A DNA stretch of 64,000 bases from Thecamonas trahens ATCC 50062 (Eukaryota; Protista; Apusomonadida). A model generated the notes under the pieces. The model saw only the letters and a program-made list of their open reading frames with translations, ran no database searches and was not told the DNA's origin. A program made the translations under genes and the position numbers. Shown piece after piece: positions 53,840-64,000 of this stretch. Location: the NCBI RefSeq assembly GCF_000142905.1, contig NW_013657650.1:255388-319387 (forward strand), given 5' to 3'. Within the stretch, counting starts at the first letter, position 1, and every line of letters begins with the position of its first letter.

Positions 53840-55867
53840 TCAAAAACATTCGAGATCATGGCCATCGTAAGGTGCAAGGAGCGCATCGAGGTCCGAGTAC
53901 ACCGCATCCACTTGGGTGGTGGCCTTGCGGAGGCTGGTAAGATCGGTGGCTGAGAGGCAGTCGCTGTGAGCTGCCACAGCGACACGGATGCTCGGCACAG
54001 CGGCACCTTCGTCACCAAACAGATTCTCTGCGAGGGTGATGATCTCAGAAGCGACCAGTCGGACTTCGTCGCGGACGCCAGCGAGGAGCTTCGCCGCCAT
54101 CTCGCCGAGGCGCGGACAGAGGTGCTCGATGGCCCAGCTGGTGTGCTCGGGGTGCCGGACCAGCGCGTCCAGGACTCGCAGTGCCTGGGCGCGAGTCTCC
54201 CAGTCGCCACCGCCGCCGTCGGCTGCTGCTAGCAGCGCGGCCGCATACTCGCTGTGGGTGGTCGGCTCCATCGCCACCAGCGCGGTGCAGTCGAGGACCT
54301 GCCAGCCGGCGAGGCGCACGCCGTCATCACCATCAGCGGCGGCGACGTGCAGGACGTTGCCGATGAGGTGGCTTGCCTGTTCTGGCGCAGCCCGCCACAG
54401 TGCAGCGGCGGTGTGGATTGCTGCAGCGCGGACGTAGCCGTCGTCATCATCAAGTCGTGCGCGGACAAGCGCGGCTACGATGCCGTCGTTCCAGCTTGCA
54501 AGCTCTGGCGATGCAACCCGGGCTACCAACGCCAACCCGCCATCGCGCGCCTCCCATCGCGGCGATGAGAGGGCAAGGACGGCAGCGTTACCAACAACTG
54601 CGGCGTTGGTGCCAGATGATGCCGCCATGGCGCCAAGCGTAGCATACAGCGCCGCCACCCTCGCCGGGCGGAGCGAGGCAACAACAACGACATGCTCGCG
54701 GACAGCTTCAAGCAAGCTGCACGCAGCAGCAGCAACATCAACGCCTCTTTCGGCTAGCATCGCGCCTAGCTCGGCAGCCGCCACCAAGCGGTTACCGGAT
54801 GATTGGACACCGATGGCCAGTGCGTCTGCCAGGACGGCGCCAGCCGCGTCTGTGCCCAGCACCATGACCCCGGCCGCCCCCGCATCGAGCATGGCTAAGG
54901 CGACATCGCGTTCGGCTGTGACATGCGATGCCAGCGCCGCCACTGCTGCCTCGCCACCGCAAGCGCCGGTCACCCGGACTGCAGCTGTGAGGACTCGCGG
55001 CGCTGACGCAGCCAGCGTTCGCAAGCCCGCTGCAGTGTCGAGGGCCAGCGCGCCGACGATCGCGACTGCCAGCTCGTCAAGGCCGTCGAGCTCGCAGCGC
55101 GAGAGCGCGACGAGCAGCGCCAGCTGCTCCCTTGCTCGTTTGCCTACTAGCGCAGCAGCTGCCTCATCAGCCAGTGCAGTCCGCAGCGCCAGACTGCCCA
55201 GGAGCGCTTCACGGGCAGCTCGGGTGCCGGCATCAGCGCCGCTTGCCAGCGCCCTCATCCAGACCGGTAGCACGAGCACCGGGGCAAGAGCGACGACTGC
55301 GCCTGCGGCCACATCCCGCGCCACCAGCGCCAGCGAACACACAGCCACTGCATGACGAACATATGCCGAGGCCGAGGCCTCCATCCATACCGCCAGCTCG
55401 CCCAACGTCGCGTGTGCAGAGCTGATGAGGCGGGGACAAGCAACTACAGCGGCGAGGACCTCAAGCAGCACAACCTGGAGCGAGGCCGACGCAGTACCTG
55501 CAGCATGTTCAGCAACAAGGCGATCTACAGCATTTTCCAGAGCCCGTGCTACGTCATTGCTAGCGACGGTATGGCGGACGAGGGCGAGCGCCATCCGCAC
55601 AGCGGCACCAGCAACTAGCGGGCGGGCGGCCGGATCAGCAGCCAGGGCTCCAACGAGAGCGCTTTGTGCGCGATTGTCGAGCGCAGTATCGACGCCGCCA
55701 GCCACACGGGCCACAACAACGCGTGTGGCGTGAGCAAAGTAGTTTGCATCAGGATCGTCGGCATGCAGAACCAGCGCGGCATGGATCAGCGCCGCCGTCT
55801 CTCCGCCTTCGGACCAACTTTGACGCACCGATGATGTGGACGACTCAGCGGCCTCGTTCTCGTCCAT
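53840..55867 (-). CDS. BRAT1: BRAT1-like ARM/HEAT protein (Integrator assembly factor)
   Basis: WEARDGGL, DDDGYVRAAAI, DWETRAQALRVL, DEVRLVA and acidic C-terminal DLECF parallel BRAT1 WEVRDSAL / ESYVRASAV / DWEVRAQGL / DCDRPVA / ..DCY as recalled. Confidence 0.72.
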   Translation of the reverse strand: MDENEAAESSTSSVRQSWSEGGETAALIHAALVLHADDPDANYFAHATRVVVARVAGGVDTALDNRAQSALVGALAADPAARPLVAGAAVRMALALVRHTVASNDVARALENAVDRLVAEHAAGTASASLQVVLLEVLAAVVACPRLISSAHATLGELAVWMEASASAYVRHAVAVCSLALVARDVAAGAVVALAPVLVLPVWMRALASGADAGTRAAREALLGSLALRTALADEAAAALVGKRAREQLALLVALSRCELDGLDELAVAIVGALALDTAAGLRTLAASAPRVLTAAVRVTGACGGEAAVAALASHVTAERDVALAMLDAGAAGVMVLGTDAAGAVLADALAIGVQSSGNRLVAAAELGAMLAERGVDVAAAACSLLEAVREHVVVVASLRPARVAALYATLGAMAASSGTNAAVVGNAAVLALSSPRWEARDGGLALVARVASPELASWNDGIVAALVRARLDDDDGYVRAAAIHTAAALWRAAPEQASHLIGNVLHVAAADGDDGVRLAGWQVLDCTALVAMEPTTHSEYAAALLAAADGGGGDWETRAQALRVLDALVRHPEHTSWAIEHLCPRLGEMAAKLLAGVRDEVRLVASEIITLAENLFGDEGAAVPSIRVAVAAHSDCLSATDLTSLRKATTQVDAVYSDLDALLAPYDGHDLECF

Positions 55868-56089
55868 GGCGTCACTCCTGTCCTTGCTGTCACTATCTCT
55901 GTACGCAGACAATACACACGGCCTCAGCCAATGCTCTCTGGTCCTCCTGTGCCTTCCCTGTCCCAATTCCGAGCGGTGTATGTGAGCGGTTTGTGCGGTG
56001 GCTGGTAGCGTCGAGTGGAGTCGCCGTGTTCAGGCCGCATGGGTCAGACGAAGCCCCCCGTTCCGTCCCGATCGTGCACCCGATGCAAC

Positions 56090-56228
56090 CACATCATCAC
56101 CCTCTCCACCCCGAACACCATCACCCCCCACCCGATCACCATCTCCCCCCACCCGATCACCATCACCCTCCACCCGATCACCATCACCCCCCACCCGATC
56201 ACCATCACCCTCCCCCACCCGATCACCA
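56090..56228. repeat. 21-bp tandem repeat running into a gap
   Basis: ccacccgatcaccatcacc(c/t)c, about 6 copies. Confidence 0.85.
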
Positions 56229-56385
56229 NNNNNNNNNNNNNNNNNNNNNNNNNNNNNNNNNNNNNNNNNNNNNNNNNNNNNNNNNNNNNNNNNNNNNNNN
56301 NNNNNNNNNNNNNNNNNNNNNNNNNNNNCCCTGCCACCCGATCCAACCAATCCATCACCACCCCACCCCGCCCCCACCCTCCCTC

Positions 56386-57474
56386 ATGCTCCGGCTCCCT
56401 ATCCCCATCCCACATGCCCATCCCATCCTCGCCTTGGGCATCCGAATGCTATGGGCGTCTCCTGGGCTTGCTGCCCGGCGCAATACCCGTAATGTCACCC
56501 GTCTGCTTGACCTGTACACACGACCTGAAGACGGAACACGGAGAGAGGCCGACGACGACCTGGCATCACCTCGGACAGACATGGCTCGGCGGAAGACTCG
56601 GAAGATCGCACTCAAGTCAAAGAAGCTGAGGGCAAAGGCTCTGCTCTCGGCGGAAGAAGCGGCTCATTTGGCTGGAGAATCGCCAGAGTGGGCTGAGATC
56701 ATCGCGCCCTCGGCGAGCGGCCGGAAGGGCGGCCAGGATGGTCATCTCGCTGGCGCTCGCTTCCGGGCAAAGTGGGCTGATACTCGCGGTGGTCATGGTG
56801 ATCATGACTCTGCTGCTGACCGCCAGAAGAAGAGCGCAGTGCGCCATGCGCCGCGTGATGGTGTGCCGCTCTCCAACAGGCAGATTGTGTTTATGCATCA
56901 CATGCAGCGCCGGCTGAGCGCTCTTCTCGGCGACGGATCGGTCAAGGACGCCGATCTCCGCGACGCACGTGTCGACGTGCTCGATGTTGAAGTGACTCGG
57001 GACCGCCGCCGGGCTCGTGTTCTTTGGGACTATGCGCCTGATCCGGGCGCAGATGATGCTCCCAGCCGCGAAACGGTGGAGACTGCCCTCCTCCGCGCCG
57101 CGCCCTACATCCGCTCACTCCTCTCCGAGAGCCTCACCACCCGCCACGTTCCCGAGCTCGTCTTTGTTCACGACACCCGCCCTGCCGAGGAGGACGAGGT
57201 CGATGCCCTGGCTGCCGCCGGTCTCCCTACCGATCTCGCTGCCGAGCTGACAACCGCTATGCCGACCCTCGAGTCGCTGCTCGCCGACGACGAGGACGCG
57301 TCGCAGGCCGCCGACATGGCCCATGCCATGGCCGCCGACCCGTGGATGTTCGAGGGCGCGCCCACCGGTGGTGCGGCAGAGCTTGCGCCTGCTGACGACG
57401 ACGCCGGCAACGCCGTCGACACAGCCGACAGCACACCTGCCCCCGGCCCAACGCCAACGCAGCGCTGGGAGTGA
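56386..57474 (+). CDS. RBFA: Ribosome-binding factor A (mitochondrial RbfA-like); start uncertain
   Basis: VDVLDVEVTRDRRRARVLW..ALLRAAPYIRSLLSESLTTRHVPELVFVHD. Confidence 0.82.
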   Translation: MLRLPIPIPHAHPILALGIRMLWASPGLAARRNTRNVTRLLDLYTRPEDGTRREADDDLASPRTDMARRKTRKIALKSKKLRAKALLSAEEAAHLAGESPEWAEIIAPSASGRKGGQDGHLAGARFRAKWADTRGGHGDHDSAADRQKKSAVRHAPRDGVPLSNRQIVFMHHMQRRLSALLGDGSVKDADLRDARVDVLDVEVTRDRRRARVLWDYAPDPGADDAPSRETVETALLRAAPYIRSLLSESLTTRHVPELVFVHDTRPAEEDEVDALAAAGLPTDLAAELTTAMPTLESLLADDEDASQAADMAHAMAADPWMFEGAPTGGAAELAPADDDAGNAVDTADSTPAPGPTPTQRWE

Positions 57475-57482
57475 CTGTTGCC

Positions 57483-58403
57483 TCAGAGCGCGAGACCGAG
57501 GCGCGTGGCCCGCTCAGGATCGGCCCGAAGACCGGCGTAGGCGTCGGCGGTGTGGCGGACGATGTCGAGGGCGGCAGCGGCATCACGGATAGTGCCGTCC
57601 CACAGCAGCTCGTTGACCGGCTTGCCCTCGGCGGTCTTGTAGTTGCGGTACCAGTCGATGATGTCGGCCTGAACCTCTGCTGGTACGTCGTCGATGTCGG
57701 ACCATCCGCGCCGGGCAGCCTCGCTCGCCCGGAGGGTGATGACCTTGTAGTCGAGCTCACCCTCGTCAACCAGACCGAGGACGCCGAGGACCCGGGCCGG
57801 AACCACCGCGCCCAGGGGAAGGGCGCCATCCGAGAGCTCAACCACATCGAGCGGGTCGTTATCGCCGGCGTAGCCATGGTACGACACCTCGGGATCCTCC
57901 CAGGTCCGTGGAATGGCACCGTAGTTAAAGCCCATGACACCGTTCTTGTACTTCAAATGGCGGACCGAACCATCGCTGTTGGTGTCGGGGCTAATGGGAT
58001 TGCCGGCCACATCAGTCGCCACCTCCATCTTGACGGTCAGACCACGAGGGATCTCCACCACCACGTTGACCACACCATCATCGAGTTGGCCAAGAGAAGG
58101 GCCATGCCACCATGATCCGTCGCAACCAACTTCCGATCTGTTCTTCTCCAACTCAAATCCATCGCTTCCAGCTCCTGCTGTCCCCGCCCGACGCACCGCA
58201 TACTCCTTGTCCACCACAGCGGCCGGTTGATGCGGTGCGGCCAGCGGCGAGTGCCATACGGGTACACCCACCGGAGCATGCTCACGCTTCACACGCCCTG
58301 GTGAGCCAGCAGGGTGACTGTCGCTTGCTACGTTGCGGCTGCCACAGAGCGCAATGGTCGGACGAATGGTCCGGAGGACGGCAATTCGAGCTGTTGTCAG
58401 CAT
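57483..58403 (-). CDS. Family I soluble inorganic pyrophosphatase, probably mitochondrial
   Basis: VVEIPRG..KMEV..NPI..D, NYGAIPRTWEDP, GDNDPLDVVEL, LVDEGELDYKVI, WYRNYK; Arg-rich presequence. Confidence 0.95.
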   Translation of the reverse strand: MLTTARIAVLRTIRPTIALCGSRNVASDSHPAGSPGRVKREHAPVGVPVWHSPLAAPHQPAAVVDKEYAVRRAGTAGAGSDGFELEKNRSEVGCDGSWWHGPSLGQLDDGVVNVVVEIPRGLTVKMEVATDVAGNPISPDTNSDGSVRHLKYKNGVMGFNYGAIPRTWEDPEVSYHGYAGDNDPLDVVELSDGALPLGAVVPARVLGVLGLVDEGELDYKVITLRASEAARRGWSDIDDVPAEVQADIIDWYRNYKTAEGKPVNELLWDGTIRDAAAALDIVRHTADAYAGLRADPERATRLGLAL

Positions 58404-58567
58404 GCGGGGCGATGGGGAGGGAGGGGGGAGTTGGGTCTGTCGGTCTGTCGCGTTGCCGGCGGGCTGCGGGCGGCGATGACCAGAGGCAGGCGCGGGCGGC
58501 CGGACGAACCAGTGGTTGTGACCCTTGTATGTTATTCTCTCATGGCACAATTGAAACGTTTCGGCTT

Positions 58568-61500
58568 CTATTGGAGGAGGAACGCGCCTTGGCCCTCCTC
58601 GATGGCGTAGAGAACCTTTTCGCGGAGCTGGTCGTAGGAGCGGTACTGCGGGAGGTCAATGCGAAGGAAGCAGGTGTGGCCGATGGGGAGAGCGTCGGTC
58701 GGCCCACGCTTGTGGTCGATGGTGAACTTGGCCTTGCCGTTTGAGCCGTACATCTCGCCAAAGCCACCGAGCGGGACTTTGGTGGTGCCGGTGGCAAACT
58801 GGAGCAGGCGTGCCCGCTGCTCGTTATCGAACGAGTACACGGCTTGCCAGAACCACTGGATGACCTGGTGGTCGGCCGAGTACGGCGAGCGGTAGTCGGT
58901 GTTGCGCCGCCAGTCGCCGACGTCGAGCTCGCAGAGGCCTGAGATGAGGAACTCGACCTCGTTCTCGTCAAAGACCTGGAGGAGTGACGGGTCAAAGACG
59001 TGCGAGATGCCTTCGCGAAGGGCGGTCATCTGCTCGTCGACGCAGCCAGAGAGTTTCCAGTGGGTAACGAGGCGGATGTACTCGGCCTTGTTCTCGTCGG
59101 TCACGTCGATGTTGCGTCCGTTGGGGATGAGGTCGACGACCTCCTTGGCACCAAAGTTGTCCATTTCCACTGAGAACGTCTCGTACAGGATGTACTCGAT
59201 CTCGTTCTCGGACATCCACTTGAGCGACTGATAGAACTCGGGATCGTACGCCTGCATGTCCTGCAGCGTGATCGGCCGCTGCAGAAGGTGCTTGTAGAAC
59301 GCCCGCGTGAAGAACGCGTCCATGAGCTTCGAGTTAAGGATGGCGAGCGCAATCATCCGCCCCACAAACGTGTAGTACTCGAGGTGGTTGCCCACCACCA
59401 CTGCCGAGTTCTTGTTGATTTGCAGCGTGTACGCATCGTTCGCCGAGTATTCAAACAGTCCGTAGTACGGGTTGAACATGTCCACAGACAAGTCCACAAA
59501 GTACTCGCGCGAGAGCCCACCGTAGTCGAGCCCGGCCTCGCCGTCGTACGTGACCCGGAACCTCTTGGTCAGTTGCGAAGCCGGCTTCTTCATCACCTCC
59601 ACGAACGAGTCCTCGAACAGGTGCCCACGCCGGACCTTGATCATCACCTCGCCCGACGTCGACCGCAGCTGCGCCCGGAACGTGTCGACCTTGCGTGCAA
59701 AGTCGCGCGCGTACCGCGGCGTCGGCTTCTTCGACTTGGATCCCGACGCCACACGCGGATCGTCCCAAGTCGTTGTCCGCGTGTTGTGGTCGATGAAAAA
59801 GACCACACCCTCGGGTGTCCGACGCGCCTCCCACCCAGCCGGCAGCGGCCGCTGCGCGCGGTAGCCCGGCAGCGCAGGCGCCTCAACCCGCTCGAACCGC
59901 GATGAGCCGCCGCTGCTGCCCGCTCTCCCATCGTCGTCTGCGGCGCCGCTTCGCTGCGCACGCCTTGCTGCCACTGCCGCGCGCACCACTTCGCGCGGAA
60001 GCGTCCAGTGCGTCGTGCGCCCCGCGTGGTTGATGTAGAATCGCCGGCCTTCGGCAGTCTGGCCAACCTCCCACTCGCCGGCCGGCAGAAAGTCGTCGAG
60101 GCACGCCATGGCTTCGGCGCCGCCCTGCATGATGGCGTCGACCTCGTCGCGCTCGCTCTGTGCCGGATCGTCATCGGCCTCGATAGCCGGGAACGCAGGT
60201 CCCGAGCCGTCGTCAGCCAGCCCTCGTGGGTCTTCCCACGTCGTTGTCCGTGTGTTGTGGTCAATAAAGAAGATACGCCCGTCGGCGGTTGACGCTTGCT
60301 CCCAACCTGCCGGCAGTGGCCGGCCCTGAGCCGACGGCGTCGGCAGCGACGATGTCGACAGAGCTCCGCCGGCCGCCCCGCCGGCCAACGACCCGCCTCC
60401 CGACTCGGGCATCGAGAGGTAGAGCCCATGCGGCGGGCCACTCGAGTCGGCATCGCCTCGTGTGCTCGCACCATCCGCAGACGCCGCTCCGTCGCCGTCA
60501 CCGTCGTCGCCAGCCGCGCTAGTGTCATCGGTCGCTGCAGAGCCGTCGCCGTCGACAGCGGCAGCGAGGTCAGTGATAGGCCCATCAAACGAGAATGAGT
60601 CGGCCGGGTCGAGCGCCGGATGTGCGGTCGGAACTGCCAGCCGGCGCGAGAGGAACTGCGCCCTCCGGCGCTCACGCTCTGTCTCCCGAGTCTCGCCGTC
60701 AGCATCGGCTGGCAGAACGGGGCGAGTCCAAGTTGTGGCCCGAGTTGTGTGGTTGATGTAGTACGCACGGCCCGAGCCGTCGACCCGGCGGCCCCAGCCC
60801 GGCGGCAGCTCAGCCTCAACATCGGCCTCGGCAGCTCGCAAGTTCAGCCGCGCTTCGAGCATCTCCATCAATGCCCGTTCGCGAATGTTGAGCATCGGCG
60901 GCGTCGAGTCAATCGACGACGTCATGGACTCGACCACATGCGACACGTCCAGCACCAGCCGCCCGGCCTCCTGTCGGACCGGCACCGGCGTGGACACGCC
61001 CAGCTGCGAGTGCTCACGCGGCTCGCCGCGTCCCGGAACCACCAACTGGGCTGGGCCACTGGCGGCGGCACTCTCGCCGACGTCACCTTCGTCGGAAGCC
61101 ATCGCGCGGACTTCGATGTCGTTGCCGTCGTCGTCGCCACCGCCGTCGGACCACGACCCACCGTCGGCCTCGGACGTCACGTCGGCGCCGTCGACGCTGA
61201 CTGGTGGGATACGCAGACTCGCGCCAGCAACAGGTGTTGCGGGCGGGGTGGCATAGTTGGCGTTCGAGTCCGAGTCCGAGTCCGAGTCAGAGTCCGAGTC
61301 CGAGTCAGACGTCGAGGAGGAGGAAGACGACGACGACGATGTTGATGACGACAAAGGTCCGGTGCGAGTCGGCGGCACCGACACGCCCAGCGCCGGCGCA
61401 GTCGGCCGCTCAAACTGACTCTCGCGGCTCACAGTGTTGACATAGAATGGGTGGCCATCGGCAGAGCTGGCCAGCTCCCAGCCGGCAGGCAAGGCGTCGC

Positions 61501-62789
61501 CGGCGTCGGCCAGAACAGTCTCGGCCGGATGGAGCCATTGGAAAGTGCGCGAGTCCTCATGGATGTAGTAGACTTCACCAGTTGTGACATGAATGCGGCG
61601 GACCCAGCCCGGCGGAAGAGGGGTGTCGGAGACGTCGCCGGCCGGCGGCGACGAGGCGGCTGCGGCGCGCTCGGCGGCGCGCTCCTCGGCAATAATCGGA
61701 TTGGCGAGGAGCGCGGCCGAGTGGGCGGCGTCGGGTGCAGCCATGAGGGCCGAGACCTTGCCCGAGGTGGTACCGAGCGCAAGGGCGGCAAGGCTTGGGT
61801 CGGCACGCGAGGCGGCGGCGGACGACGAGGCGCTGGTCGAAGCCATCGACGCGGCGCCAATACCGTCGAGCGCCTCGAGGTCGACAAAGCAAAACTGGAG
61901 GTGGACGGCGCCACGGATACGGGCGGCGGGTGTGGAGGTATCTGTAGGGTCGTGCTCGAGGTTGAACCAAGCGTCCCAGGCCGGGGTGACGCCGGCCTCG
62001 AGCGAGGAGATGGCGAGCATGACGTCGCGGACCGGGACGTTGACGCGGCCCATAAAGTCGTCCTTGCGGCCGCGATCTTTGTCGTACATGCGCAACGAGA
62101 GGACGGACGAGGCCTCGACTGAGAAGAGAAACGTCTCGTTCCACACCGGATCGAGGGTCTTCTTGCACACTCGGGTCTTGACTCGCTCAAAGCCTGTAGA
62201 GAGGATGCAGTACGGGTCCGATGCGCCAAAAAAGTCCATCTTTGCCAGCTCGCGGCCGGCGAGGACTTTGACGCCCATGACCATAGAAGCAGACATGAAA
62301 GCAGCCGAAGCCAGCGAGGACGGGCCTGCCGAGCCCACGGAAGCATAGTCGGCATCGAGCGAGACAGCAGCATCCGCATCAGCAGCAGCGGCTGGGGCAA
62401 AGAACAGCTCTTCCGGCCCATCTCTCTGCCAATGCTTGGTGACATCCATGACGAGCTCCTCATGGTTGATGCGTCGACAGAGAGCCTTTGTGGCGGCATC
62501 CCGAACAAACAGTCCATAATCACTGGCATGTGCTTCCGTCAGTGAGCACTTCCACGCAAGCAGTCGCACGAGCTCGGCGGCAGACGTCGTCGACTTGATC
62601 GGCAGCGTCTTGAACGTCTCATTGGGAAGGTAGACCTTGACCAATGACTAAGGTGAGGCGGGGGGGGGGGGGGGTGAGTGGTGACGAGGGTGACGAGGGT
62701 CCTTTTCCCTTTCCCTGGGTATGCATGTGTGTGTAGGGGGAGTATGTGCTGCTGCTGGGGGGCTGGAGTGTACGTACCCGTGTTGCCAT
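58568..62789 (-). CDS. NEDD4-family HECT E3 ligase, RA(ubiquitin-like)-C2-WW x6-HECT; 12-nt exon 62789-62778, intron 62777-62648
   Basis: MATR|[15 protein letters not shown]; C2 [25 protein letters not shown]; six WW motifs; [28 protein letters not shown]. Confidence 0.93.
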
Positions 62790-63130
62790 GCTCTGCCTCC
62801 TCGCCACAGACGAATGTTGTTGTGTGGTTTGTGTCACAATCAGTCGGCGGATGGGTGTCCTTGTGGTGGTTGTGTCCGGCACATGATATCCCCCCTCGCG
62901 GCATCTTCTATCACACTCCTCACATTGTCTAGCGCAAGAATGCTCCATCCTCCAGGTGGCTCCGATAGATGAGCATTTGACGAGGGTTACACAGTCCAGA
63001 CGCCGGCTCGCCGCCTCTGGTAAAGACGATGTCGAAAAGGCGATCGCTGATCAAAAACACAGCGTACTTCTGTTCTGTTACTTCTTAGCTGATCAACTCG
63101 CTCTCCCCATCCTTCGTCCCCCTGCTATCC

Positions 63131-63290
63131 AGCGACGGGGATCTGGATCTTGTCCGCTACCACGTGGCGTCGGACAACCTTCACATGGCCGAGCATATCG
63201 ACAAGACGACCGGCGCCCAGATCTCGGCCACAACCCCTCGTGGTCATACGCGGCGACGATGGCGGCCGTGGCACACCGGCCGGCATTCAC
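63131..63290 (+). pseudogene. Glucoamylase (GH15) C-terminal fragment
   Basis: DLVRYHVASDNLHMAEHIDKTTGAQISA / HNPSWSYAATMAAVAHR (1-nt break), similar to GH15 LSEQ.DR..G...SA.DLTWSYAA; no room for the rest of the gene. Confidence 0.6.
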
Positions 63291-63397
63291 AACGGCGAAC
63301 GACGACAAGGCGATGTGGTGTCGGCTTGGCTGGGCACGTATGGGGCTGGGGGAGCATTTTTGTTTTAACACCAGACGCCAGCTCAACGGCCGGCCGC

Positions 63398-64000
63398 CTA
63401 CCCGTCGCTCTCGTCGAGATCGACGACCTGGCCAGGCTTGGACATGTCGATAAACTTGGACATCTCAAAATCAGCGCCGAAGCGCTGGCGAAGGCGGGCC
63501 TCGGCCTCCTTGAGCTCGAGGTTCTGCAGCTCGATCTCGTCGACGTCGTCAAACTCGTCAAACTCGTCGTAGAGGTCGAGGTCGTTGGCGGAGATGTAGT
63601 CCTGAACGACGCGCTGGGCAAAGGTGTGCGACCAGAGAGAAACGCAGTCGACCGAGTGGGCGCGAGTGAAGATGCCGTGGCCGCGACGGCAGGAAAAGTA
63701 GACCTGGTCGTCGACTGAGCCGTTGTTGTGGCCGTGCGGCTCGTCGAGCTCGACACCGATCCAGTTGCCGGCCTCAAAGTGAGTCGGCCCGATGTAGCGG
63801 ACGCGGCCAAGGTGGCCCTCCCAGTCGACCATGTCGCCAAAGCCGAGCGGCTTGTCAAACTCGGCGTCGTTGAAGAGGTCTGAGCGCTGAGCCGGGTCGC
63901 GGGAGAGGACATGGACCATGTCGGCGCGGACAAAGAGGCCGTGGCCCTGGGTGCACTCAAAGAAGCGCTCGCCCATGCACCAGCCGGAAGAGCCGGGGGT
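63398..64000 (-). CDS. CAP-Gly domain protein (at least 2 domains), 5'-partial
   Basis: FFECTQGHGLFVR; GRVRYIGPTHFEAGNWIGVELDEPHGHNNGSVDDQVYFSCRRGHGIFTR. Confidence 0.88.
   Translation of the reverse strand, partial: TPGSSGWCMGERFFECTQGHGLFVRADMVHVLSRDPAQRSDLFNDAEFDKPLGFGDMVDWEGHLGRVRYIGPTHFEAGNWIGVELDEPHGHNNGSVDDQVYFSCRRGHGIFTRAHSVDCVSLWSHTFAQRVVQDYISANDLDLYDEFDEFDDVDEIELQNLELKEAEARLRQRFGADFEMSKFIDMSKPGQVVDLDESDG

Noticed and set aside
55666-56385. His/Pro-rich N-terminal extension of RbfA
   Set aside because: Arises from reading a 21-bp repeat through an N-gap and overlaps the BRAT1 start
62789-64000. CAP-Gly region spliced onto the HECT ligase
   Set aside because: The HECT gene has its own ATG micro-exon with an in-phase intron, and the CAP-Gly ORF ends at 63398
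1-64000. tRNA, rRNA or transposon genes
   Set aside because: No cloverleaf, rRNA signature, transposase/RT motif or terminal repeats recognised by eye; tRNAscan/Infernal not run

Overview
Eukaryotic, high-GC, gene-dense nuclear DNA with about 30 mostly intron-poor genes, four N-gaps and a few short GT-AG introns near gene 5' ends. The gene content (CatSper-beta, CCDC96, paxillin-like LD/LIM protein, SH2-RING, NEDD4-type HECT, BRAT1, SMN) points to a flagellated unicellular relative of opisthokonts, most plausibly an apusomonad such as Thecamonas; this is inference, not a database hit. Recognisable genes: USP39/Sad1, eIF1A, STK16, CDC45, PPR-like, FHA protein, CATSPERB, UBR-box+RING, CCDC96, Wee1/Myt1 kinase, SH2-SH2-RING, PolX, SERHL-like hydrolase, TcdA/TCD, SMN, SAM methyltransferase, a giant CH-CH/coiled-coil/filamin-repeat protein, paxillin-like, BRAT1, RbfA, pyrophosphatase, RA-C2-WW6-HECT and a CAP-Gly protein. 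The standout is 22924-27122 (-), a predicted three-part oxylipin enzyme: a polytopic membrane domain (about 12 TM) + a catalase-related heme (allene-oxide-synthase-like) domain + a lipoxygenase lacking a PLAT domain, with non-canonical active-site residues. Eleven reading-frame breaks are each repairable by inserting one base, probably assembly homopolymer under-calls. All family assignments are from recalled motifs; no searches were run.
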